Source of the DNA: Vampirovibrionaceae bacterium NZW_1234
Lineage (GTDB): Bacteria > Cyanobacteriota > Vampirovibrionia > Vampirovibrionales > JAGQHJ01
Length of the DNA stretch: 64,000 bases
Direction of reading: 5' to 3'
NCBI GenBank assembly: GCA_041697335.1
Contig: JBGUGD010000030.1
Location: forward strand, 89,665 to 153,664
Below, piece after piece: positions 38,118-49,400 of this stretch. Made by a program: the position numbers and the translations under genes. The notes under the pieces were generated by a model, which was not told the origin of the DNA, did no database searches, and worked only from the letters and a program-made list of their open reading frames with translations. Positions within the stretch are counted from its first letter, which is position 1. Every line of letters starts with the position of its first letter.

Positions 38118-39010
38118 TGGATTTATTGATGAACGTGAATGAATCTTCCCTGGCCGATGCCGGCTTGCTGTTGCTGGCTTTGAGTGCCTTAGGCTATGTT
38201 TTGTTTCAGGCCCTGTTGCCCAAGGCCTGGCTTCGAAATACCGCCTCGGTGACCACGGGGTTGAGTGTCCTGTGCTTGCTGGTATCCCTGGTATTACGGT
38301 CCATGACAGCCGGGTATTTTGCCCTCTCTAATATGTACGAAGCTCTGTTGGTGATGACCATTGGTTTTTTGACCGCGTTTCTCATTGTCGAGCGGTGGTT
38401 TAAAATCTCGAATTTGGGGTGGGCCGTGTGTTTGGTGGCGCTGATTGTCATGTTTTATGCCGGTACCACGCCGACGGAAATCAACCCGCTTCAAGCCGCC
38501 CTTCGCAGCTACTGGCGCAGCATCCATGTGCCGCCATTGCTGCTCTCCTATGGGTTTTTTACCTTGGCCTTCTTAAGTTCCATCGCCTTTCTGTTGAGTG
38601 ATCGCTCGCCAAAATCTGGTGGTTTGCCCGGTTCCGGACCCACGCTTGCAACTCGCGAAGGCCATGGCATTTTGTCGTTTTCTTATAGTTCCATGGCCGA
38701 TTTGTATGATGAAGTGACCTATCGCTGTATTGCGGCAGGGTTTCCCCTGTTGATGATTGGCGTGATTCTGGGGGCTGTCTGGGCCAACGAGGCCTGGGGC
38801 AATTACTGGAGCTGGGACCCGAAGGAGTCGATGAGTCTGGTGACCTTGCTGGGCTATGGTGCCTACCTGCACCTTCGCATTAATGCCGAGCATTCCCGAC
38901 GGACGCTGGCTTGGGTTTCGATTGCGGGCTTTCTGTTGATGCTGATGACCTTTGTTGGCGTCAATATGTGGGGCTTTGGCAGCATCCATTCCTACGGATC
39001 CGTCAGTTAG
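38114..39010 (+). CDS. ccsA: cytochrome c-type biogenesis protein CcsA/ResC (haem exporter, system II)
   Basis: The Trp-rich WWD motif WANEAWGNYWSWDPKES and conserved His residues. The ATGA overlaps the ccsB stop. Confidence 0.85.
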   Translation: MMDLLMNVNESSLADAGLLLLALSALGYVLFQALLPKAWLRNTASVTTGLSVLCLLVSLVLRSMTAGYFALSNMYEALLVMTIGFLTAFLIVERWFKISNLGWAVCLVALIVMFYAGTTPTEINPLQAALRSYWRSIHVPPLLLSYGFFTLAFLSSIAFLLSDRSPKSGGLPGSGPTLATREGHGILSFSYSSMADLYDEVTYRCIAAGFPLLMIGVILGAVWANEAWGNYWSWDPKESMSLVTLLGYGAYLHLRINAEHSRRTLAWVSIAGFLLMLMTFVGVNMWGFGSIHSYGSVS

Positions 39011-39109
39011 CGATGGTTCCAGGCTCGTAATATTTAGTCACAAACTGGCATGATCTTTCTTTGAGAGGGCTTATTCCCCTATTGCCGCCCCAATAGGAAT
39101 GGTCTCGTC

Positions 39110-40156
39110 ATGCAGTTACGTTATTCGGCCTTACCGGCGCCCTCTCGTCTGGAGTCGTTTCCCTCCAAAGCGATGCTGGCTACCCCTGTCTTAGAGGCAC
39201 CGGATGTTTCGGTTCGATTTGCCGCTCAGGCCACGACATCCGGTGGCACGCGAAAAAAGTCCGCACCCAATCTTCTGGATCGCTTGGTCCGCTCTCTTCG
39301 CAAAACCTGGAGGGCCTTTAAAAACTGGGTTTTCAGCGTTCTTTCTTCGGTGTTTCGCATCGCTAAGCCCAAGAAAACCAAGATTTCGGCCATTGATCAA
39401 ATGCGCTTGGATCTGATTAAAGCCTATCGCAAGGTGGGAACGCACGGGTATCTTGCGATAGCTGATAAAATGGAACGTTGTGAACTGCCTTTGAATGCGA
39501 TGTTTTCAAACCTGTTGAATCATCGGTACAACGTGCTTCGGACCCACAACTACCCTATTGATGCGCGCCATCAGCATGACATTGACCAAGTTTCGGGCCA
39601 GGGAACCCCTGAGATTAAAGTCAAGGTGGAAGGCGGCTGGCATTATCGGATTCCCAAGAATCTTAAAGCCCGAGGCGTGGCTTCAGGTGCCTCCTCAAAA
39701 GATCGGGTGTCCCTCAATGTGGTGGCCGATAAGGCCCTGTTGGCCCAGTTGGATCAGCTGTTTGTGACCCGGGTGAAAGGCTATTACAAGACCCCCGATA
39801 TGTCGGACAACTGGCTTGAGCGTCATGATCCCATCACCATGTATCTGGATGAACCCTTGACCCCGGCCATTGAGGCGGAGATTGTCAAGATCGTCACCCC
39901 TTTTGTCCGAAGCACCAAGGACGTTTTGCCGGGGCGCCTTTTAGCGCCGGGCATGGCGGCCGAAACCAGCCCCACGGTGGATGAGATTAACCATGAAATT
40001 ACACGGGCCAAGGCCATTGACGCCCAGTTTGCCGATGCCGTGAAACAGTATTTCACCGATAAGCGCGGCCAACTGAAAACCAGTGCCGGGCGCCTTCGGT
40101 CGGTCCGTGAAGTTATTGACCAATACAGCAGGCCCTCGGCGAAATCCTCTATCTGA
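39110..40156 (+). CDS. hypothetical protein (348 aa, basic N-terminal region)
   Basis: A long ORF with no recognisable motif. The start is uncertain. Confidence 0.45.
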   Translation: MQLRYSALPAPSRLESFPSKAMLATPVLEAPDVSVRFAAQATTSGGTRKKSAPNLLDRLVRSLRKTWRAFKNWVFSVLSSVFRIAKPKKTKISAIDQMRLDLIKAYRKVGTHGYLAIADKMERCELPLNAMFSNLLNHRYNVLRTHNYPIDARHQHDIDQVSGQGTPEIKVKVEGGWHYRIPKNLKARGVASGASSKDRVSLNVVADKALLAQLDQLFVTRVKGYYKTPDMSDNWLERHDPITMYLDEPLTPAIEAEIVKIVTPFVRSTKDVLPGRLLAPGMAAETSPTVDEINHEITRAKAIDAQFADAVKQYFTDKRGQLKTSAGRLRSVREVIDQYSRPSAKSSI

Positions 40157-40234
40157 AGGTTCACCTCCGGGTGTCCGATGCCCCATACTCTCAGGGGAGC
40201 CTCTTGACACACGTGTACAAGGAAACCATCAGGT

Positions 40235-40987
40235 ATGATCCGGTTTGACCAGGTCACCAAAGAATATGAAGGCCATCCCGTTCTTCGGGATCTCTCCTTT
40301 CAAATCCATCAAGGCGAAACCGTTGTTTTGATGGGAACCTCCGGTTGCGGAAAAACCACGGCCTTGCGGTGCATCAATGGCTTGGAACGGGTGCAGCAAG
40401 GAACCATTGTGGTTCGCGATGTCAACATTACCCAAGCTCCAAAACAGTTTGACTGGAACCGCTTTCGTTCGGAAATTGGGGTGGTGTTCCAGCAGTTTAA
40501 CCTGTTTCCACACCTTCGGGTCATCGATAACATTACCTTGGGGCCGATTAAAGTCAAACGCATGGCGAAGGATGAGGCCCATGAAAAGGCCATGGCCTTA
40601 CTCAGAAAAGTGGGTCTGGCGGAAAAAGCCCATCGGTATCCTCATAACTTATCGGGCGGCGAAAAACAACGCGTGGCCATTGCCCGTGCCTTGGCCATGT
40701 CCTCGGATATTCTTCTGCTGGATGAGCCCACCAGTGCCTTGGACCCGTTGATGACCGCTGAAGTGCTGTATACGATTCAAGACTTGGCCCATGCTGGGAT
40801 TACGTTGGTGATTGTGACCCATGAAGTCCATTTTGCCTGTCGGGTGGCCGATCGGATCTTGTTCCTGGATAAAGGGCAAATCGTCGAGTCTGGGCCTCCA
40901 AGTCATTTTCAGCATGCCCTGGGTCATGATGTTGCAAAACGTTACTTTGACATGCTGTGGGACGGGTCACCGCCGGTCCGCTCATAA
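40235..40987 (+). CDS. ABC transporter ATP-binding protein (polar amino-acid uptake GlnQ/ArtP/HisP type); orphan
   Basis: Walker A GTSGCGKTT, Q-loop, signature LSGGEKQRVAIARAL, Walker B ILLLDEPTSALD and H-loop. No adjacent permease or binding-protein gene. An AAGGAAA RBS is present. Confidence 0.85.
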   Translation: MIRFDQVTKEYEGHPVLRDLSFQIHQGETVVLMGTSGCGKTTALRCINGLERVQQGTIVVRDVNITQAPKQFDWNRFRSEIGVVFQQFNLFPHLRVIDNITLGPIKVKRMAKDEAHEKAMALLRKVGLAEKAHRYPHNLSGGEKQRVAIARALAMSSDILLLDEPTSALDPLMTAEVLYTIQDLAHAGITLVIVTHEVHFACRVADRILFLDKGQIVESGPPSHFQHALGHDVAKRYFDMLWDGSPPVRS

Positions 40988-41070
40988 CGAGGGTTGCGTT
41001 TCCGGAGCCGACATGGCCCGGGATGTGGGGTGAGGTCTCTCGGGCTTGGGTTTTGGATTCTCGTTGTATA

Positions 41071-42327
41071 ATGGACCGTATGAAACGCTTGCGCTTTCTT
41101 CAGGTGTCCGATGTCCATTTTGGATCGCCCATGACCGGCTCACGTTTGGGTCTGTCGGGTGAGGCCCTTGTGCAGCGTCAGCAGGAATTTCAAGAGCTTA
41201 TCATGAGTTGGGCCGGGGTGGTTCGGGAGAAAAATCTGGATGTGGTCTTGATCCCCGGGGATCTGTGGGATGCTGAGCGCCTGGACCGTCATCAATTGGA
41301 CACCTTCCGGGTGCTTTACACGGAACTGTGCAATATGCCGGTGCCCGTGGTGATTGCGCCCGGAAACCATGACTTCTATTCCATTAGCAGCTTTTATCAC
41401 CCCGATGTGCTTCGGGCCCATGGGTTTGAGCCTTGGCCGGAACACGTGGTGATCTTCAATCAGCCGGGGTTTACGTCCCAATGGTTGCCCGGATGGGAAG
41501 GCCGGGTCCGTATTACTGGGCGGGCCTTTCATGACAATACCCTCAACACACCTTCCGGATCTGATTCTGAGCATGCTCAAGAGCGCTTATTGGCCAAACT
41601 GGACCCCTGTGGCCCCTCCGAAGAGCTTCAGTTGCTGTTATTTCATGGCTCTCGAGATGATTATCATCCGGCGTTGCACAAGATGACGGCCCCGTTTTCC
41701 ACCTCGGAGCTTGTGGCCTTGAACTATGACTATGTGGCTGTGGGGCATTACCACCAGCATGAAGCCTTTACCGACCCCCATGGGGCGGTCCGAGGCGCGT
41801 ACTCCGGCTGTCCCTTTGCCCGAGGCTTGGATGAGACAGGCCCCAAAACAGTGATTGTGGGTGAAATCGTCAAAGATGGCACCTCTCTGGCGCAGGTTTC
41901 CCTGGAGCGTGTGACCCTGGATGATCGGCAAATTGTGTATCGCTATATTCCCATTACCGGAAAGGATACGGTGGAAGGTATCGAGGCCTTGCTTCTAGGC
42001 GATTTGAATTACCATGCCCGGGCCCAGGATATGATCTATTGTGAGCTTCAGGGACAGATCCCCGCCGGTATCCAGCTGGATTGGGAACGGTTGGAAGCGA
42101 CGTTCAACAACCTTTTCTTTCATGTCACCCTCGATCACAGTCGGGTGATGCCCGCCTACGACCTGGATTACTATCGTCAGGACCCTCACAGTTTGGAAGG
42201 CCGTTATATTGAGGCCATGGAGACGAAATTGGCCGAGGCCGAAACCGAGGCCCAGCGGGAGCGACTGACCCAGGCCCTGTATCTGGGCCTGGATGCCTTG
42301 ACCGGAATGCAGGTGCGTCAGCCATGA
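41071..42327 (+). CDS. SbcD/Mre11-like metallophosphoesterase (YhaO-like)
   Basis: The N-terminal LRFLQVSDVHFG (motif I), then GDLWD and GNHD motifs. The stop overlaps the start of the downstream ATPase. Confidence 0.75.
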   Translation: MDRMKRLRFLQVSDVHFGSPMTGSRLGLSGEALVQRQQEFQELIMSWAGVVREKNLDVVLIPGDLWDAERLDRHQLDTFRVLYTELCNMPVPVVIAPGNHDFYSISSFYHPDVLRAHGFEPWPEHVVIFNQPGFTSQWLPGWEGRVRITGRAFHDNTLNTPSGSDSEHAQERLLAKLDPCGPSEELQLLLFHGSRDDYHPALHKMTAPFSTSELVALNYDYVAVGHYHQHEAFTDPHGAVRGAYSGCPFARGLDETGPKTVIVGEIVKDGTSLAQVSLERVTLDDRQIVYRYIPITGKDTVEGIEALLLGDLNYHARAQDMIYCELQGQIPAGIQLDWERLEATFNNLFFHVTLDHSRVMPAYDLDYYRQDPHSLEGRYIEAMETKLAEAETEAQRERLTQALYLGLDALTGMQVRQP

Positions 42328-45233
42328 GATTTAAATCGCTGATTAGTCATGGTTTTGGATGCCTACCCGATGGCTTTGAGGTGGCCTTTGCCCCCAAAGG
42401 TGTGACCATCCTGCTTGGTCAAAACGAATGGGGCAAATCCACCATGGTCCAAGGCCTTTTGGCTGGCCTCTTCGGAGAGCCCCATGCGGCTAAAGAAGCC
42501 CGGCACTTTCGTCAGGCCTATGCGCCCTGGTCCTTGCCGGGGAGTCTGCCTCGGTTGACCTTGGAAGTGGCGACCCACGATGATCGGCTGCTGGCCATTA
42601 CCCGTGAATTTGGATCCCGGACCACGCCGGTTCGGGTGGTGGAGGTTGCCTCGCGTAAAGATCTGACGCTGGACTTTCAGGTCGATAAAAAGACCTATCT
42701 TGTCGGTGAGCAGCTGACGGGGTTGATGCGGCCGACCTTTGAAAAAACGGCCCTCCTGCTTCAAGGGCATTTGCAGTCCTTTGAAAATAACGGGGATCTG
42801 ATCCACGCCATTGAAGAAGCGGTGATTTCCGGCACAACGGGGGTGACGTCTCAAATGGCTCTCGATGAGCTTAAGCGGGCCGAGCGGCAAACCATGCCGG
42901 GGGAGAACCCGTTGCTCTTGTCCAGCATTATCAGCCGTCTGGATGCGACCATTGCCCAGCTGGAAAAAGAGAGTAAGGTCCTTGAAGCGGACTATGAGGC
43001 TTATCAGGCGTCATTTAAAGCCCTGGATGTTCAAACCGAGGCGATGGCCCAATTGGATGCCCGCATTCGTCATGCCGAAATGCGCTTAAAGCAAGCCGAA
43101 TATACGGAAGTGAATGCGATTGTGACCAGTGATGAAACGCTGCGAACCGAATGTGATGAACTTCGTCAACAGCAAGCCTTACTGGAGCACTATGCCGATT
43201 TCCCCATTCATCAGCAAAGCCTGGTTCAGGAAACCTTTGGACAGCTGTCCCAGGTTCGAGAAACCATGAGCCGGGTCGAAACCTTGCTGGTTCGGCATCA
43301 GGAAGAATTGGATCAGTTGACCGAAGATGTCACGGCGTTTCCCTGGCTCATTAATAGCCTGGATCGGGTTCAAGTCGATCAATTGATTGTTCAGCTCCAG
43401 GATGCCCGGCAGCAGTATTTGATTGCTCAAGCCCAGTTGGATTATGAGGCAAACCAAGCAGTCAAACATGGCGGTGATTTGGCCCGTTTTTCTGTCACAT
43501 TAGAGCGTTTGGAGGCCATGACGGCCGAGCAACAACAGTCTGTCCACCATGTGGCTTTGGTGTATGGCGATGTGCAGAAACAGATAACCGAGATTAAGGA
43601 GACCTTGAGTCTCTACAGTCAGCAGCTTTTGGAGCTTAACCGTCGTGTGGCCCGGCGTCGGGGGCTTAATTTGGGCTTGATTCTGGCGGGGCTCTGTCTG
43701 GCCGGTCTAGCCTGCTCGCCGTTGGTGCTGGTTCCCTGGATGCCTTGGCTTTTAGCCATAAGTGGGCTGCTGGGTCTTGTGGGTGTTGTTTCCAACGTGA
43801 TGATGGGATCCTTGTTTGCCCAACGCCAGTTTTTGAAAACATCGGTGGAGGAGCAGACCCAGCAGGAAAGTGACTTACTGTACCAGCGCTACCTCATGCA
43901 AGAAAAATGGGTGGGCCCGGACACGGAGTATGGCCGTGAATTCTCCTGGTTTGGTGATGCAGAGGTCCTGGATGAACTGGCGTGGTACTGGGCAGAGAAA
44001 GACCGCTATTTCAGCCATTATGTTGATGCCTGGCAAACGGTCAAGCTGCGTGAAGCCGATCTCAACGTCCATCTTCAGGCTCTGGCCACCGCCCTGGAAG
44101 CTGCCGATTCTGATGAACCATCATTGGAACTGCGTCTGCGTCGGATGGATGATCTTCTGGAACAGTACCAGGCCTTTGGCTTGAAATGCCAGGTCTGGGA
44201 AGAGACCCGTCAGCGTTTTGCCGTTTCTCAAGAGCGCCTGGCTGAAGAGAAGGCGACCCGAAAACGCCTTGAAGCCACCTTGATGGACTGTCTGCAGACT
44301 CAGTGCGGGCTTTCCATCGAGCAGGGCTTTGATGCAGCTGTGGATATGTTCCTGGAAGGTGTGCGTTTGTATCATGAATACAATACCTTGAAGGCACAAG
44401 CCGATGAGAAAACACGCCATCTGAAATCGGATGAGCAGCGGGAGGCCTATTATACTCAGTTGCAGGCCTTGGCCCAGATGATTGAACACCCAATCCCGGC
44501 AGATTTGGACAGTGTGATGCAGGAGCGACAACAGGTCTATTCCTTGCGTAGCGATCGGGAGCGGATGCAAGAGGCGATTTATCAGCTTCAGTTGAGCATT
44601 AAAGACAAACAAGACCGGTTTAACCGGGATTACCCCCAAATTCAAGCGGCCTTAGAGGAGAAGCAGGCCTTACGGGAGCGGTATCAACAGTTCCAGGAAG
44701 CCCTGACCCTGGCCCAGGAAACCCTGCAGGAAGTTGCCCAAGACGAGTACAGCCAATGGGCGTTTCGTCTCAACAATCGCGTCAATGCCGTTCTCAACAA
44801 ATTCCGCTCGCCCTATCAGGACATTCGCTTTCAAACGGATCTGCAGTTTTCCGTCGTGGATGGTACCGGACGTGAATTTCATCAACGCGAAGCCTTCCAG
44901 AGCCTGAGCTGTGGGACAAAAGATCAGATTTATCTGGCCATTCGGATGGCCATTACCGAGCACTTGAGCCAGGAAGGAGAGCACTTGCCCATTATCCTGG
45001 ATGACCCCTTCGTGAACTTCGATGATGAGCGGTTTTTCTATGCGTTGGAAACCCTGGCCAAATATGGGTTTATGGGTCGCCAAATTCTGATTTTCAGTTG
45101 CCACCAAGCGCGTTTTGAGCAGGCTTATCGCCAGCTACAGCCCAAGTTTGAGACCAGTTTGTTCCTGCATCATTTAGGTGCCGCGCAAAGCCCAATGCCA
45201 AAAGTCCATATATTAGAGGACCTCCCTTCCTAG
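42324..45233 (+). CDS. SbcC/Rad50-like SMC-family ATPase with two central transmembrane helices (YhaN-like)
   Basis: N-terminal Walker A GQNEWGKST. Long coiled-coil regions. Central hydrophobic hairpin LGLILAGLCLAGLACSPLVLVPWMPWLLAISGLLGLVGVV (about nt 43660-43830). C-terminal Walker B/D-loop LPIILDDPFVNFDDERF. Confidence 0.7.
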   Translation: MRFKSLISHGFGCLPDGFEVAFAPKGVTILLGQNEWGKSTMVQGLLAGLFGEPHAAKEARHFRQAYAPWSLPGSLPRLTLEVATHDDRLLAITREFGSRTTPVRVVEVASRKDLTLDFQVDKKTYLVGEQLTGLMRPTFEKTALLLQGHLQSFENNGDLIHAIEEAVISGTTGVTSQMALDELKRAERQTMPGENPLLLSSIISRLDATIAQLEKESKVLEADYEAYQASFKALDVQTEAMAQLDARIRHAEMRLKQAEYTEVNAIVTSDETLRTECDELRQQQALLEHYADFPIHQQSLVQETFGQLSQVRETMSRVETLLVRHQEELDQLTEDVTAFPWLINSLDRVQVDQLIVQLQDARQQYLIAQAQLDYEANQAVKHGGDLARFSVTLERLEAMTAEQQQSVHHVALVYGDVQKQITEIKETLSLYSQQLLELNRRVARRRGLNLGLILAGLCLAGLACSPLVLVPWMPWLLAISGLLGLVGVVSNVMMGSLFAQRQFLKTSVEEQTQQESDLLYQRYLMQEKWVGPDTEYGREFSWFGDAEVLDELAWYWAEKDRYFSHYVDAWQTVKLREADLNVHLQALATALEAADSDEPSLELRLRRMDDLLEQYQAFGLKCQVWEETRQRFAVSQERLAEEKATRKRLEATLMDCLQTQCGLSIEQGFDAAVDMFLEGVRLYHEYNTLKAQADEKTRHLKSDEQREAYYTQLQALAQMIEHPIPADLDSVMQERQQVYSLRSDRERMQEAIYQLQLSIKDKQDRFNRDYPQIQAALEEKQALRERYQQFQEALTLAQETLQEVAQDEYSQWAFRLNNRVNAVLNKFRSPYQDIRFQTDLQFSVVDGTGREFHQREAFQSLSCGTKDQIYLAIRMAITEHLSQEGEHLPIILDDPFVNFDDERFFYALETLAKYGFMGRQILIFSCHQARFEQAYRQLQPKFETSLFLHHLGAAQSPMPKVHILEDLPS

Positions 45234-45292
45234 AAATTCGCTAAAATAGGAGATATCTCTTGGGATATCGTCGCGCATGACTTCGGTGTGTC

Positions 45293-46435
45293 ATGGCGGT
45301 GGCGATGCGAGTCATCACACGAGAACAGGAATCGAACCGACGTTTTATGGAGCATTTTAAAAAGACACTGCTGACGGTCTGCCAGGTCATCTTATGGTTG
45401 ATGTTTTTGTGTGCCATCAACGATCCTGGGATGGTGGGCCCCCGGCCGGAAGAGAGCATTTATCATACCTATGCATTTTTGTTGCAGCCGGTCTATACTC
45501 TGGGCGGCTATCTGATTCTGCCGGTTCAATGGCTTTTCGTCAAAGCCGGGTGGTATCATCCGGAGTTGGCTGCGCACAGTTGGTTTCCCATCAGCACGGC
45601 AACGTCGTTCAGTGCGTTTGTGACCCCGATGGGCTGGGGCAGTGTGTTTAAACCGGATCTGTTTCAAGGGACCTTGATTTGGTGGGTGCCCATTGCCTCG
45701 GTTACCTTGAGTGTCGGGGTTCGTGTGGGTGGCTATATGGCTGAACATGGTCGTAACTGGCTGTGGAATGTGATGATTGAATACATCTTCCAGCGTAAAA
45801 AGGCCAAGCTGTATCAAAAAGCCCTGACGGAAAAGAACAAGGATTTAGAGCGGATGAGCAGCCAGTATCGTGAACTGGCTCAAGAAACCCACTCGCTCAA
45901 GGATTCGGTTATTACCGATGAACTGACCAAGGTCTTCAACAAACGGTTTTTCCTGAATCGCATTCAACAGGAATTCAATGCCTGTAAGCAGCATGGCAGT
46001 ATGTTGAGCTTGATTATGGTGGACATCGATTTCTTTAAGAAGCTCAACGACAACTACGGTCACTTGGCTGGTGACCAGGTGCTGAAGTCGGTTGCGCAAG
46101 TGTTGAAGCGCTTTTCGCCGGATCAATGCTATCCTTGTCGCTATGGGGGTGAAGAGTTTGTTATCATCATGGCCCGAAAAACTTTGGAGCAGACCATTGA
46201 AGCAGCTCGTCTGATTCAGGAAAATGTCCAGCAGCTTCGCTTTGATGACATTGATAAAAAGCTCCGGGTTACGGTGAGCCAGGGGATTTGTACCGTGGAT
46301 TTCTCCAGCCCGGAATCGGCCAGTATCAAAAAGTTTGAGTCCTTGCTGGAATTGGCGGATCAACAGCTCTACCGCTCCAAGCAGGAAGGGCGGAACCGGG
46401 TTTCGGCCAATTACATCACCGATCGTCATAAGTAA
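45293..46435 (+). CDS. membrane-anchored GGDEF diguanylate cyclase
   Basis: About 5 N-terminal TM helices, then a coiled coil and a GGDEF domain (RYGGEEF active site with upstream DxLT/NRR elements). No RxxD I-site is present. Confidence 0.8.
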   Translation: MAVAMRVITREQESNRRFMEHFKKTLLTVCQVILWLMFLCAINDPGMVGPRPEESIYHTYAFLLQPVYTLGGYLILPVQWLFVKAGWYHPELAAHSWFPISTATSFSAFVTPMGWGSVFKPDLFQGTLIWWVPIASVTLSVGVRVGGYMAEHGRNWLWNVMIEYIFQRKKAKLYQKALTEKNKDLERMSSQYRELAQETHSLKDSVITDELTKVFNKRFFLNRIQQEFNACKQHGSMLSLIMVDIDFFKKLNDNYGHLAGDQVLKSVAQVLKRFSPDQCYPCRYGGEEFVIIMARKTLEQTIEAARLIQENVQQLRFDDIDKKLRVTVSQGICTVDFSSPESASIKKFESLLELADQQLYRSKQEGRNRVSANYITDRHK

Positions 46436-46473
46436 CACGTGTTGATTTCCCAACCGCCCAAGACGAAGCAGGC

Positions 46474-49400
46474 TTACTTGTTGCTGGCCGTGACAGCAGC
46501 TTCCTTGGTGAGGACTTTCATTTTCTCGAGGAAGGTTTCCAGGAAGGTCATCTGATCCTGCGTGGTCATCAGGCCCCGTTTGATCAGGAGCACCGGCTGG
46601 CTGCCTTCACGTGAGGTGACAGCAGGGACCCAGCGGGCTTTGTTGCCGATTTCCGGGGGTAACTTGCTTTGGAACTGCATCCACTCTTTTAAGGTAAAGG
46701 GCACCGAGATCCGGAGGAATTCCGAATCTTCGCGAATCATGGAGAAGTTCAGCTCGGTTGCCGTAATCCGCATTTTTACCAGGCGCACCAGCTCCTGGGC
46801 CGGAGCTGGGGTGTCGCCGAAGCGGTCTTTCCACTCGGCCTGGATGATGTCGAGAGCCCGAAGGGTGCGAATATCTGCCAAACGCTTGTACTCGGTCAGC
46901 TTGACGTTCTTGTCGCCTACCCAGTCATCGGGAATATAGGCCGTGACGTTGAGATCGATAATGGCATCTTCTTTGGTTTCGGCCACCTTGCCCTGGAGTT
47001 CCTGAATGGACTCGTCAAGCATCTGGCAATACAGATCAAAGCCCACAGAGACCATATGCCCGTGTTGCTCCGAGCCCAACACGTTGCCGACGCCTCGGAT
47101 TTCCAAATCTCGCTGGGCAATTTGATACCCGCTGCCCAGGGTCGTGAATTCCCGAATGGCCCGTAACCGTTCCTGGGCATCCTGGGTCAGGATTTGATCC
47201 TGGTTGTAATAGCAATAGGCGTAGGCCTGGGTTTCACTTCGCCCGACCCGGCCTCGAATCTGGTAAAGCTGTGACAGGCCAAAGCGATCGGCTCGGTCCA
47301 CAATAATGGTATTCACGTTGGGAATGTCCAACCCACTTTCGATAATGGTGGTGCACAACAGGACATGATGCTTTTTCTGGGCAAAATCAAGCATAACCGT
47401 TTCCAGATCCCGCTCATTCATCTGGCCATGCCCCACAATAAAGGAGACCTCCGGCACCAGATCTTGGAGTTCGTTGAGTTTGTTGTAAATGGTCTGCACC
47501 CGGTTATGGACAAAGTAGACCTGACCACCCCGATCGACTTCCTGTAATATGGCCATCCGCACTTGGGCCGGGTTATAGGGGCCTACGAAGGTTTTAATGG
47601 GAGAACGGTTGACGGGTGGGGTGTTAATCAAGCTCAGATTGCGGATGCCGGACATAGCCATATACAAGGTCCGTGGGATCGGCGTGGCTGAGAGGGTCAG
47701 GACATCGACTTCCTTGCGCACTTGCTTGAGCTTTTCCTTGTGAGCCACCCCGAAGCGTTGTTCTTCATCGACCACCACCAGACCCAGGTCTTTAAAGTGC
47801 ACGTCACGTTGCAAAAGACGATGTGTTCCGACGACCACATCGCATTCACCCAAGGTCAAGCGATCCAGCACTTCTTTTTGCTCCTTGGGCGAGCGAAACC
47901 GGGAGAGTAGCCCCACACGAACCGGGTAGGGCTTGAAACGATCGGACAGGGTATTGAAGTGCTGCTGGGCCAGGATGGTGGTGGGCACCAGTACGGCCAC
48001 TTGTTTGCCGGAGAGGACGGCCTTAAAAATGGATCGAAGGGCCACCTCGGTTTTTCCGTAGCCCACATCGCCGCAGATCAGCCGATCCATCGGTTTGTCC
48101 GATTCCATGTCGGCTTTGACATCCAGGATGGCCTGCCATTGATCCGGCGTTTCGGTGTAGGGGAAGGATTCTTCCAACTCAACCTGCCATGGGGAGTCCG
48201 GCTCAAATTGAAACCCCCGGGATCGGGAGCGGGCCGCATAGAGTTCCATCAGCTCGCGGGCAATGCTGCGAATGGATTTTTGGACTTTCGACTTGGTTTT
48301 GCTCCAGTCAATGCCGCCCATTTTGTTGAGCTTGGGCGGTGTATCCCCGCTGCCGCGGTAGCGCGAAAGCAAGTTGACTTGATCCGCAGGCACATGGAGG
48401 CGATCATTGCCGGAATACTGGATGGTCAGGTATTCCCGTTTTTCGCCATCAATCTGAATTTGAGCCAGTTTGACAAAGCGGCCAATCCCATGGTGTTGGT
48501 GGACAACGTAATCGCCTTCCCGTAATTCGTCAATGGCCTTAATGGTTTCCAAATCCTGGCGCTTGGTCCCCGAGGTGGCACTGATTACCAGCTTTTTCCG
48601 GCGCCGGCCAAAGAGTTCGGCATCGGTAAAGTGGATCAGTTTTTCAGCAGGCAGCTGAAACCCTTCCAAAAGGCCTTGTTTAGCCACCAGAACATCGTAG
48701 TTCAGGTTTTTTAGATCGCTTGGCGAGATGCCATCATCGGTAATGTAGATGGCCGGGACATCCCACTCTTTGCAGTTGTCCAGGATACGCTGGGGCGTAT
48801 CGGTGGTGACAAAGATCTGATATTGCTCCCGACGCAGATTCTGAAGGGCCTGAGCGGCTTCTTTCAGATCAGCCTTGTAGTTGGTCGGAGCATGAAACGT
48901 CAGTGTCAGCTTGGTCGGGTCGTTCTCGGCTTCCGGCATCACAGGAAAACTATCCAGATAAAGCTGTTTTGGCATGCGCTGGTTGAGGCGGGCCAGTCCC
49001 TCCTCGGTCGACAGGTGGTAGGTGAACCCGAGATCCAACAGGCGGCCTTTATGGATGCCTTCTTCCAATTGCCGGGTCAGGCGATCGGTATAGCCGCGCA
49101 GGTGATTTTCGGTGACCACCCAGTCATCAAAGACCACCAGGCTGTTTTCAGGCAGCATATCCACCAACGGCTTGAAGTCGGGTTCGATCAAGGGGGCATA
49201 GTAGTCCAACCCGTCCGGAATGAAGGCTTGTTCCATGGCCTGGATCTGGTTTTCCACCGTGGCTCTAAGGGCTTCTTCATCGACCGGGTCCAAGCTCTTG
49301 CATTGCGCCTCCAGGTGAGTATGCATGGCCTCGATCAGCTTGGCTTTATTGTCCTCGGACAGCAGCAGCGCATGGCGCGGAATGGCCATCACCTTGTCCA

